Origin: Patescibacteria group bacterium
GTDB lineage: Bacteria; Patescibacteriota; Minisyncoccia; UBA6257; 2-01-FULL-56-20
NCBI GenBank assembly: GCA_018971305.1
Contig: JAGXBC010000002.1
Span: forward strand, 144,046 to 208,045
Direction: 5' to 3'
Length of the DNA stretch: 64,000 nt
Positions 48,042 to 56,688 of the stretch are shown here, piece by piece (position 1 is the first letter of the stretch; each line of letters starts with the position of its first letter). The position numbers and the translations under genes are program-made. The notes under the pieces were generated by a model. The model searched no databases and was not told the origin of the DNA. It was given only the letters and a program-made list of their open reading frames with translations.

Positions 48042-48908
48042 ATGAAAACTTTACGAGAAACACTTAAAGACGCAGGCGAACGCAAGGTTGCCATTGGCCA
48101 TTTCAATATTTCCGACCTGGCGGCTCTTAAGGCCATTTTTGAAGCCGCACGTGAGTTGAATTTGCCTGTTATGATAGGGGTTTCCGAGGGCGAAAGGGAA
48201 TTCGTCGGTGTTCGCCAGGCGGCGGCGTTGGTTAAAAGTTTGCGCGGAGAATACGACTATCCTATTTTTTTGAATGCGGACCACACCCATTCCCTGGAAA
48301 AAATACGTGAAGCCGCCGAAGCCGGTTTTGACGAAATATTATTCGACGGCTCAAAGCTTTCCCTTGAGGAAAACATCCAGCAAACCAAAGAGGCCGTAAA
48401 AATCATTAGATCTATTGATAAGAATATTCTGATTGAAGGCGAGATCGGATATATCGGCAGTTCCTCGGAGGTGATGAAAGAAAAACCGGAAGGCATAGAG
48501 CTTACTACGGCCGAAGAAGCGGTACGTTTTATTAAAGAAACAGGCGTTGATGTTCTTGCTCCTGCGGTGGGCAATATGCACGGCCTTACGGAAGATATGG
48601 CCAAGGGTCTTTCGCAAAAGAGGCTTGATATAGAAAGGATAGGAAAAATAAAAGAAGCAACGCTGACGCCGCTTACTCTTCACGGTGGATCGGGGACTAA
48701 CGACGATGATTTTGTTGCCGCCATAAAAGCTGGCATAAATATAGTCCACATCAATACAGAAATACGCGTAGCTTGGCGCCGCGGATTGGAAAAAGGATTA
48801 AAAGATATGCCGAATGAAGTCGCGCCCTACAAGATTCTGCCGCCGGCGGTAGAGGAGATAAAACAGGTAGTCCTCTCACGCATGAAGCTATTTAATAGTT
48901 CTAACTGA
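48042..48908 (+). CDS. fba: Class II fructose/tagatose-bisphosphate aldolase
   Basis: ..VAIGHFNISDL.., ..LNADHTHS.., ..LHGGSG.. motifs. Confidence 0.8.
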   Translation: MKTLRETLKDAGERKVAIGHFNISDLAALKAIFEAARELNLPVMIGVSEGEREFVGVRQAAALVKSLRGEYDYPIFLNADHTHSLEKIREAAEAGFDEILFDGSKLSLEENIQQTKEAVKIIRSIDKNILIEGEIGYIGSSSEVMKEKPEGIELTTAEEAVRFIKETGVDVLAPAVGNMHGLTEDMAKGLSQKRLDIERIGKIKEATLTPLTLHGGSGTNDDDFVAAIKAGINIVHINTEIRVAWRRGLEKGLKDMPNEVAPYKILPPAVEEIKQVVLSRMKLFNSSN

Positions 48909-48972
48909 TTGCTTGTGGTAGATAGGTTTTGTGCTATGATTCATACTAGGATATTTATTTTGGAGGTGTATA

Positions 48973-49215
48973 ATGCCGAGACGGAAGTGCCCAATAGAAG
49001 GATGCGATTCGTTCGTTAGAACTACGTGTTTGTGTCTATGTAGTGATGGCGAGTGCGAAAAAGGACATAAATGGCATTGGTATAGAAGGAATTCTAGATG
49101 TAAATGGGTTTTACACACGGGAGAATCGGACCACGAAATTCACGGCGGTAATCCATCTCAATGTTGTGCGATGGGTCGAAATATAACCAGAAAATACGAA
49201 GGAAAAAGGCATTAG
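48973..49215 (+). CDS. Small Cys/His-rich protein (80 aa, 11 Cys)
   Basis: CPIEGC..CLCLCSDGEC..H.WHW..C..H..H..H..CC; GGAGG RBS 8 nt upstream; its own terminator overlaps the stop codon. Confidence 0.4.
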   Translation: MPRRKCPIEGCDSFVRTTCLCLCSDGECEKGHKWHWYRRNSRCKWVLHTGESDHEIHGGNPSQCCAMGRNITRKYEGKRH

Positions 49216-49232
49216 TGTGCCTTTTTTATTTT
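49207..49232 (+). terminator. Rho-independent terminator (aggcattagtgtgcct plus T-tract)
   Basis: Read directly. Confidence 0.7.
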
Positions 49233-49307
49233 GATACGTTGGGTTATCTCAATGGGTAATATTATAAGGGGTTGCTTTCGGGAATATTTTTTGTTATCCT
49301 CTAATTC

Positions 49308-49979
49308 ATGGATTTAACAGTTAAAACAAGAGAAAAATTCGGTAAAGCGGTAGGGGCTTTGCGGAAACAGGGAATTATCCCGGCCGAGCTTTATGGACGC
49401 GGTATTGAGAACGTCCATTTGAACGTTGCCGCGAAGGATTTCGCCAAGCTTTTCAAAGAAGCCGGTAGCAATACGGTTGTTAATATTGTTGTTGATGGAA
49501 AGAAATATCCAGCGCTGGTGCACGATGTCAGCAAGAACTACTTTAGCGGCGAAGTAGACCACGTTGATTTTTACGCCGTGCGCATGGACGAGAAGCTTAC
49601 GGCAAAGATTCCTTTGGAATTTTTGGGAGATGCTCCTGCCGTGAAAGACAAGGGCGGTATTTTGAACAAAGCGATGTACGAAGTTGAAGTTGAAGCTTTG
49701 CCTGCCGACCTACCTCATAGCTTACAGGTTGATCTTTCTGTTTTGGATGATCTTAATAAGAGTATTTACGTTAAAGACCTTAAAATTTCTTCCAAAGCCA
49801 AAATTGTTGTTGATCCGGAAACCGTGATTGCTACGGTAACGCCGCCTGTAGCCGAAGAGGTCAAGGTTGAGGAGCCGGTTGACGTTAGCACGGTGAAGGT
49901 TGAATCGGAAGAAAAGAAGGCCGAAAGGGCAGCCGAGAAAAATAGCGAAGATAAGACCGAGGAAACAAAAAAGAAATAA
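49308..49979 (+). CDS. rplY: 50S ribosomal protein L25/general stress protein Ctc
   Basis: N-terminus ..REKFGKAVGALRKQGIIPAELYGRG.. and beta-barrel body; acidic C-terminal extension. Confidence 0.8.
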   Translation: MDLTVKTREKFGKAVGALRKQGIIPAELYGRGIENVHLNVAAKDFAKLFKEAGSNTVVNIVVDGKKYPALVHDVSKNYFSGEVDHVDFYAVRMDEKLTAKIPLEFLGDAPAVKDKGGILNKAMYEVEVEALPADLPHSLQVDLSVLDDLNKSIYVKDLKISSKAKIVVDPETVIATVTPPVAEEVKVEEPVDVSTVKVESEEKKAERAAEKNSEDKTEETKKK

Positions 49980-49997
49980 AAACCAGATCTGATAAAA

Positions 49998-50026
49998 AGC
50001 CCCTTCTCTAATAAGGGGCTTTTTAT
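49998..50026 (+). terminator. Rho-independent terminator (agcccctt ctctaat aaggggct plus T5)
   Basis: Read directly. Confidence 0.75.
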
Positions 50027-50082
50027 ATCGATTGAGGCCAAAGAGTAACAAATATCCTGTTAATTAAGATATAATACTAGTA

Positions 50083-51531
50083 ATGCCAAATCCTCCCAAG
50101 CCGAAGGTTGTAGGGGATATTAATAGTTTTAAAATAACCGCCGTGCGGGATAACTTTTCTTCTCTGCCGGAGCGGATAAATTTGAGCTACCACAGAATTT
50201 TGCGTTTGCCGCTGACCAAGCTATTAAGGGCGGCAATCTGTGTTCTTGCCGTTGCAACCTTGGTTTTGGGCTCGGTAACTGCTCCCACTGGCTTGCCTAC
50301 CGCGGCCGGCCAGTCAACCGATACCGAAAGAAAGGCGCTGGAAGACCAGCTTGCTCAACTTGAGGGCCAAATCAATCAATATGAAGATCAGGTATCCGGA
50401 TATCAAAAACAAGGGAGCAGCCTTAAGGGAGAAATATCCTTATTGAACAATAAAATAGCCAAGCTCAATTTACAGATACAGGCTATTAATCTGACTTTGA
50501 AAGATCTCAATAATAAGATATCCGAGACCCAGTCGCAGATTACCGATACTGAGTCCAGTATAGCTGATAGAAGAGCGGCATTATCCAAGTTGTTCCAGAA
50601 TCTCTATGAATCCGAGCAAGTCTCTCTTATGGAAGTATTCTTAAAAAACCCCCAACTCTCCGATTTCTTCGGAGATGTGAATAGTCTTACTCTTTTACAG
50701 AACGACCTCAGGGTTACAGTCCAGCAAATGACGGATTTGCGTAATCAGCTGCAGGATCAGCAGCAGCAATTTGCTTTGGCGAAATCGGACGCCGAGAGCG
50801 TGCAGGCTTATCAGGTTTCCCAAAAGACCGTCATCGACAACACTAAGGCAGAAAAAAACCAGCTACTCACCGTGACTAAAGGACAGGAATCCAAGTACCA
50901 AACCCTTTTGCAGCAAACTAAAGCTACTGCGGCGCAGATCAGAAACAGGATTTTCCAGCTGTTGGGAGGCGGCGAGTTAAGTTTTGAACAGGCTTATGAA
51001 TATGCCAAGCTTGCGAGCGGCGCAACCGGAATTGCCCCCTCTTTGATCCTGGCAATTTTGGACAGAGAGTCGGCTCTTGGGCAAAATGTCGGCAAGTGCA
51101 GTTATAAGACGGCGATGAGTCCTTCCAACCAAACAATATTTTTGCAATTAACTGCGGAGTTGAACATAGATCCCAATTCCGTTACCGTTTCCTGTCCCAA
51201 TAAAGACGGAACATACGGCGGCGCGATGGGTCCGGCTCAGTTTATCCCGTCAACCTGGAATTTATACACGAACGCCGTTTCCAAGGTTACCGGACATTCG
51301 CCGGCCTCCCCATGGAATAATGCAGATGCCTTTGCCGCTACCGCACTATATCTCAAAGACGCTATGACCGGTTGCGCTGCAGTTTATAGTTCGGAAATAA
51401 GCCGCGAACGCTGCGTGGCCGCGAAATATTACGCTGGTGGCAGGTGGCAGAGCTATCTTTGGACCTACGGAGAAGCAGTTGTTAACCGGGCTCAGAGCTT
51501 TGCTGATGACATTAAGACTATTAATAGCTAA
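50083..51531 (+). CDS. Membrane-anchored coiled-coil protein with C-terminal lysozyme-like/SLT-type peptidoglycan hydrolase domain
   Basis: N-terminal TM, about 250-aa coiled coil (EnvC/PcsB-like architecture), C-terminal ..LDRESALGQN...GAMGPAQFIPSTW.. resembling transglycosylase SLT motifs. Confidence 0.5.
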   Translation: MPNPPKPKVVGDINSFKITAVRDNFSSLPERINLSYHRILRLPLTKLLRAAICVLAVATLVLGSVTAPTGLPTAAGQSTDTERKALEDQLAQLEGQINQYEDQVSGYQKQGSSLKGEISLLNNKIAKLNLQIQAINLTLKDLNNKISETQSQITDTESSIADRRAALSKLFQNLYESEQVSLMEVFLKNPQLSDFFGDVNSLTLLQNDLRVTVQQMTDLRNQLQDQQQQFALAKSDAESVQAYQVSQKTVIDNTKAEKNQLLTVTKGQESKYQTLLQQTKATAAQIRNRIFQLLGGGELSFEQAYEYAKLASGATGIAPSLILAILDRESALGQNVGKCSYKTAMSPSNQTIFLQLTAELNIDPNSVTVSCPNKDGTYGGAMGPAQFIPSTWNLYTNAVSKVTGHSPASPWNNADAFAATALYLKDAMTGCAAVYSSEISRERCVAAKYYAGGRWQSYLWTYGEAVVNRAQSFADDIKTINS

Positions 51532-51539
51532 TCGCGAAT

Positions 51540-52814
51540 ATGGATTACAAAAAAATAACATTTAAAAACGGCCTGCGATTGATTTTAATACGGAAGCCAG
51601 GAAGTTTGGCTTCCAGCGTTCTTGTTTTAGTGGAAGCCGGTTCGGAATATGAGACAAAAAAAATCAATGGCGTATCGCATTTTTTGGAGCACATGATGTT
51701 TAAGGGCACTACTAATAGGCCGCGAGTTGGCCAAATAGCCGAAGAGCTCACCGGTTTGGGTGCCCAATTCAACGCTTTCACTTCTCAGGAATATACCGGT
51801 TATTGGGCGAAGGCCGAAAGTCACAAACTGCCGAAGATTTTTGATATTGTTTCCGACTTGTATCTCAATCCGGTTTTTAACGACGGAGAGATAGAAAAAG
51901 AGCGGGGAGTAATAGCGGAAGAAATCCATTTGCGCCGCGATGATAATCCCATGGCCGAAGCTCCGTATCTTTTGCTTAAATTATTATACGGTGACCAGCC
52001 CGCCGGTTGGGATGTCGCCGGTACAAAAGAGATCCTGAAGAGAATTAAAAAACGCGAAATCGTGGACTATCGAACCAAGCATTATGTCGCGCCGAAAACC
52101 GTTGTGGTTATCGCCGGTAAATTCAATGAGAAGAAGATAAAAGCGCAGACGAAATCTTATTTTGGCGGTTTATACCGCTCGCCTTCTATAAGAAAATTTA
52201 AAACCAAAGAATCTAATCAAAAAAAACCGGCGATAGACGTTAAGTTCAAGGCTTCCGGGCAAAGTCATATGGCTTTGGGGATCAGGGCTTTCGACATGTT
52301 CGATAGCCGCCGTTACGCCTTGCTTGTGTTGGCAGATATTTTGGGCGGGGGGATGAGTTCGCGGCTTTTTAAGAAAATCAGAGAAGAGATGGGCGCCGCT
52401 TATTATGTCGGTGCTGATGCCGACCTGAATTTGGATCATGGTTATTTGGCTGTATCTGCAGGCGTTGATCACGAGAAATCCGAGAAAGTATTGGGAGCCA
52501 TCCTCGGGGAATTGAGGCGATTGCGCGACGAGAATGTCCCGGAAGCGGAATTGCGCCGGGCCAAAGACCATCTTATTGGCAACCTAATTATCGGTTTGGA
52601 AACATCAGACGAGCTTGCCGGTTTTTACGGAGAGCAGGAGATTTTGACCAGAAAAATGTTGCCACCGGAGAAATTAATTGATAGGATTCAAGGTATTAAG
52701 GCAGGCGACATCAGGAAGGTGGCTAGAACGGTTTTTAAAAATGATAGATTAAATCTGGCTATAATAGGCCCATATAAAAACAAAGGGAAATTTAATAAAA
52801 TTTTTAAACTATAA
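51540..52814 (+). CDS. M16-family zinc peptidase (insulinase-like)
   Basis: Inverted zinc motif HFLEHMMFKGT...E. Confidence 0.8.
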   Translation: MDYKKITFKNGLRLILIRKPGSLASSVLVLVEAGSEYETKKINGVSHFLEHMMFKGTTNRPRVGQIAEELTGLGAQFNAFTSQEYTGYWAKAESHKLPKIFDIVSDLYLNPVFNDGEIEKERGVIAEEIHLRRDDNPMAEAPYLLLKLLYGDQPAGWDVAGTKEILKRIKKREIVDYRTKHYVAPKTVVVIAGKFNEKKIKAQTKSYFGGLYRSPSIRKFKTKESNQKKPAIDVKFKASGQSHMALGIRAFDMFDSRRYALLVLADILGGGMSSRLFKKIREEMGAAYYVGADADLNLDHGYLAVSAGVDHEKSEKVLGAILGELRRLRDENVPEAELRRAKDHLIGNLIIGLETSDELAGFYGEQEILTRKMLPPEKLIDRIQGIKAGDIRKVARTVFKNDRLNLAIIGPYKNKGKFNKIFKL

Positions 52815-52839
52815 TTTTATAAAGGATCAAATTCCACGG

Positions 52840-53862
52840 ATGTCTGAAACAAAATCATTTAATGTATCTTGGGAAACGTTATGGAAGATTACGACCTTCG
52901 CTGTCCTTATTGCTATTCTTTATCAAGGGAGGCAAATTCTGCTTGGCCTTTTTTTGGCTATCATTATATCTTCCGGTTTGGAAACAATAGTGGATTTTCT
53001 TGAGAAACGCGGTGTACCGAGAACGCTAGGCGTAATTTTGATCTTTCTCTTATCGCTCGTAATTATTATTTTTGTGATTTATGCTTTAGTTCCCTTGGTT
53101 ATAGTGGATCTGAACACAGCATTTTCCGGGCTTGATAGATCTAATCCGTTTTTGGGCTCTTTAATTAATATCGGGGCATCGCAGGAGTCCCTTGGCGTTG
53201 CCTTAAATAAAATATCTTCCGGGTTATTTTCTGGGAATATATCACCATTTGGTTTTTTGTCGCAAACAGTCGGTAGCGTGGGACTAGCTGTAGCTGTTTT
53301 GGTTAGCTCTTTCTATTTGAGTTTAAGTCGCGATGGAGTGGAAAGATTTATTAAAACGGTCTTGCCGGCTACATATGAAAAGATGGCTTTAAAGATATAT
53401 GAACGTTCGCGGAGAAAAATCGGCGCCTGGTTTCAGACGCAAATATTATTGAGCGTTATCATGGGTTTTCTTGTTTGGGGAGCGCTCGCATTGCTCGGAG
53501 TTAAACACGCTTTTCTTCTCGGAATCCTGGCCGGGTTTTTTGAAATAGTGCCTTTTGTCGGGCCGATACTTGCAGGTGCGATTTCTGTCCTTGTCGCGCT
53601 TTCTGTTTCCTTCTCTTTGGCGATCTATACGCTTATTACATTTTTGGCGTTACAGCAGTTCGAATCCAATGCTCTGGTTCCGATTTTGATGCGGCGTACA
53701 GTCGGTTTGCATCCGGTGATAGTTATAGTGGCCATTCTTATCGGTACGGAGGTCGGAGGTTTTCTCGGATTGCTTATCGCCGTGCCGGCCGCAGCTGTTT
53801 TTGAAGAGGCAATCGGTGAGTGGTCGGGCAAGAAAGGGGGCACGGAAGAAGTTTTGGTCTAA
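52840..53862 (+). CDS. AI-2E family transporter (UPF0118/PerM-like)
   Basis: 340 aa, about eight TM helices, architecture typical of the family. Confidence 0.5.
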   Translation: MSETKSFNVSWETLWKITTFAVLIAILYQGRQILLGLFLAIIISSGLETIVDFLEKRGVPRTLGVILIFLLSLVIIIFVIYALVPLVIVDLNTAFSGLDRSNPFLGSLINIGASQESLGVALNKISSGLFSGNISPFGFLSQTVGSVGLAVAVLVSSFYLSLSRDGVERFIKTVLPATYEKMALKIYERSRRKIGAWFQTQILLSVIMGFLVWGALALLGVKHAFLLGILAGFFEIVPFVGPILAGAISVLVALSVSFSLAIYTLITFLALQQFESNALVPILMRRTVGLHPVIVIVAILIGTEVGGFLGLLIAVPAAAVFEEAIGEWSGKKGGTEEVLV

Positions 53863-55337
53863 TGAAGGAAAAAGAGTTTTATATTACAACCACCCTCCCT
53901 TATGTAAATGCTCCGCCGCATCTGGGGCATGCTTTGGAATTGGTTCGTGCGGATATAATTGCCCGTTACCACAAACTCAAGGGATACGACGTTTTTTTTA
54001 ATACAGGAACCGACGAGCATGGTTTGAAGATCTATCGCAATGCTGTTGCCGCTAACAAGGAGCCGCAGAGCTATGCTGACGAATACGCTGCCAAATTTGA
54101 GAGTTTGATGGGAATATTGGAAGTCGATTATAGCCATTTTTCCCGTACCACCGATCCGCACCACGTAAAGGCGGCTCAGGAATTTTGGAAGATATGCGAC
54201 AAGAACGGTTATATCAAAAAAAAGTTGTATAAAGTAAAATATTGCGTCGGTTGTGAATTGGAGAAAACCGAATCAGAGCTTAAAAACGGCCGTTGTCCGT
54301 TACATCCCAATCTGGAATTGGAGATAATAGAAGAGGAGAATTATTTTTTTAAATTTTCGGAGTTCCAGAAGCCGCTCCTGGCATTATATAAAAAATATCC
54401 GGATTTTGTTTTGCCGAACGGCAGATTGAACGAGATAAAGAAGTTTATCGAAAGAGGTCCGGTTGATTTCAGTATTTCGCGGCTGAAAGAAAAAATGCCG
54501 TGGGGAGTCAACGTCCCCGGGGACGAATCGCACGTTATGTATGTTTGGTTTGACGCCCTGGTAAATTATATTTCCGCGCTTGGCTGGCCGGAAGATAAAA
54601 AGAACTTTGAAAAATTTTGGGGTACAAAAGATAAGCCTCGGGCAATGCAAATAGCCGGTAAGGATAACTTGCGCCAGCAGGCAGCAATGTGGCAAGCGAT
54701 GCTTATGGGAGCCGGACTACCTACCTCGCGCCAGATTCTTATAAACGGATTTATAACGAGTGGTGGAGAAAAAATGAGCAAGAGCTTGGGCAATGTTGCC
54801 GACCCGGTGGAAATAGCCAAGAAATACGGTGCGGATGCCCTGCGCTACTGGCTGGCGCGCGAGATACCGGCGTTTGAAGATGGGGACTTTTCCCAGGAGA
54901 AGTTCAAAGAAAGATATAATGGCGACTTGGCGAACGGACTTGGCAATTTTGCATCCAGAGTTTTGACGCTTGGCGCATCCGTTCACGAATTTAATGCCAA
55001 ATTGGAGCCGGAACAAGAAATAATAAAAGCTATAAATACAACCAAAGAACACGTTGCGGCCAAAATGGAAGAATTTAAGTTCCATGAAGCATTGGCTGCA
55101 ATATGGGAACTCATCGCTTTTGGGGACGAGTATGTTAACAGGACTACGCCTTGGGATATTGAATACGAAGAAAAGAAAGCCCAGACAATTTTTAATTTGG
55201 TAGTTATTTTGGATAATGTCGCCGCGCTTTTGCGGCCGTTCATGCCCTCTACTTCCGAAAAAATAACCAAGTGTATTGAATGGGAGAATATATTGAAAAT
55301 AAAAAAATGTGAGGTTCTATTTCCTCGCATCAAATAG
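53862..55337 (+). CDS. metG: Methionyl-tRNA synthetase (short form)
   Basis: HIGH-type motif (PPHLGHALE), KMSKSLGN; the start is taken at the ATG overlapping the upstream stop (listed ORF begins 42 nt earlier). Confidence 0.9.
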   Translation: MKEKEFYITTTLPYVNAPPHLGHALELVRADIIARYHKLKGYDVFFNTGTDEHGLKIYRNAVAANKEPQSYADEYAAKFESLMGILEVDYSHFSRTTDPHHVKAAQEFWKICDKNGYIKKKLYKVKYCVGCELEKTESELKNGRCPLHPNLELEIIEEENYFFKFSEFQKPLLALYKKYPDFVLPNGRLNEIKKFIERGPVDFSISRLKEKMPWGVNVPGDESHVMYVWFDALVNYISALGWPEDKKNFEKFWGTKDKPRAMQIAGKDNLRQQAAMWQAMLMGAGLPTSRQILINGFITSGGEKMSKSLGNVADPVEIAKKYGADALRYWLAREIPAFEDGDFSQEKFKERYNGDLANGLGNFASRVLTLGASVHEFNAKLEPEQEIIKAINTTKEHVAAKMEEFKFHEALAAIWELIAFGDEYVNRTTPWDIEYEEKKAQTIFNLVVILDNVAALLRPFMPSTSEKITKCIEWENILKIKKCEVLFPRIK

Positions 55338-55345
55338 CCAACATT

Positions 55346-56188
55346 ATGGAGTCTATGCCAGTGGTTCCCAGGTTTATGGATGTTCACACGCATCCGCAAA
55401 TGCTGGCTTATAATTCCGATCGCGAAGCCGTTTTGGGACGTGCCAAAATAGCGGGAGTAAAAATGATTGCCGTGGGAACGCAATTCAGTACATCGCACGC
55501 CGCTATTGAGCTCGCGGGAAAATATCCAAAAGACGTTTGGGCGACCGTAGGTTTTCATCCCGCACATTTTTCCGTGAATTGGTATCACGACAAGAACGAG
55601 CAATCATCTCCGGAACGTGAAATTTTTGATATTGTCGCGCTTGAAGATCTCGCCAAAAATCCCAAAGTCGTGGCGATAGGGGAATGCGGGCTGGATTATT
55701 TTAGGGATAAAGACGAGGGGACAAAAGACAGGCAAAAGGAAGGATTCGTTGCGCAAATTAGTTTAGCGCATCGGCTGAAAAAACCGCTGATGATACATTG
55801 CCGGGCCGCATTTCCCGACCTTATTCAAATTCTAAAATCCAAGCCGGAGATACTTAATTCTCCTCCAGGAATTATCCACTTTTTTTCCGGAACGATCGAT
55901 GAAGCCAAGAAATTATTGGATATGGGATTTTATTTTACCTTCGGAGGAGTAATAACCTTCGCTCGCGACTACGACTATGTTATTAAAATGATCCCCATAG
56001 ACAGGATTCTGAGCGAAACCGATGCTCCTTATGTATCGCCCGTGCCCTATCGTGGCAAACGCAACGAACCGGCGTATGTGGTTGAGGTGGTTAGAAAACT
56101 GGCTGACTTGAAGGGTGTTTCAATAGAAGAGACCTCGGAGACAATCTTCCGTAACGCGCAAAATGTTTTTGGTCTAATAAAATCCTAA
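55346..56188 (+). CDS. tatD: TatD-family metal-dependent hydrolase/DNase
   Basis: MDVHTHP metal-binding start (possible true start at 55376), ..GECGLDY.., ..HCR.. motifs. Confidence 0.8.
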   Translation: MESMPVVPRFMDVHTHPQMLAYNSDREAVLGRAKIAGVKMIAVGTQFSTSHAAIELAGKYPKDVWATVGFHPAHFSVNWYHDKNEQSSPEREIFDIVALEDLAKNPKVVAIGECGLDYFRDKDEGTKDRQKEGFVAQISLAHRLKKPLMIHCRAAFPDLIQILKSKPEILNSPPGIIHFFSGTIDEAKKLLDMGFYFTFGGVITFARDYDYVIKMIPIDRILSETDAPYVSPVPYRGKRNEPAYVVEVVRKLADLKGVSIEETSETIFRNAQNVFGLIKS

Positions 56189-56218
56189 AAAAAGAGCGCA
56201 GGATTTCCCGCGCTTTAA
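56187..56218. terminator. Bidirectional terminator hairpin (agcgc aggatttccc gcgct)
   Basis: A-run upstream and T-run on the minus strand. Confidence 0.55.
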
Positions 56219-56241
56219 TGTGCATATGGTTATACCGACCA

Positions 56242-56586
56242 TTATATGATCTTGTTCGCCACCACGAGAAGAAACTTCATCGGGTCCAATTGTTTTGAGT
56301 TTACTAAGACCAATTGGAAAGCCTCGTCGCTGCTAAAACCTGCAGTCATATAGGCTTTGTAGCTCTGGAGGGTTTCTTTTGCGTGGATATCGGTCGCTCG
56401 AATCATTTCCGGCTGTAATTCTTCTCGTACATTATTGAGATGACCCAGAATCATCTTGGCAGTTTTGGTTATTGCCGGTTTTGATGCGGTAAGAGCCTTA
56501 TCCAAGGCCCCTAGATATTCATCGGCGTTAAGTACTAATCCCATCAGTTCCTTAGCCCTTTCTCGCATTTTTTCGTCTTGAGTCAT
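56242..56586 (-). CDS. Hypothetical helical protein (114 aa)
   Basis: ORF with terminator. Confidence 0.4.
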   Translation of the reverse strand: MTQDEKMRERAKELMGLVLNADEYLGALDKALTASKPAITKTAKMILGHLNNVREELQPEMIRATDIHAKETLQSYKAYMTAGFSSDEAFQLVLVNSKQLDPMKFLLVVANKII

Positions 56587-56688
56587 TGCGTGATCTCCGG
56601 AAATTAAATTTTACTGCACTGCCTGCATTATATCATATATAAGGATGTTGTCAAATATGTTTTTTGGCGTTAGAATTCTATGTAAACT

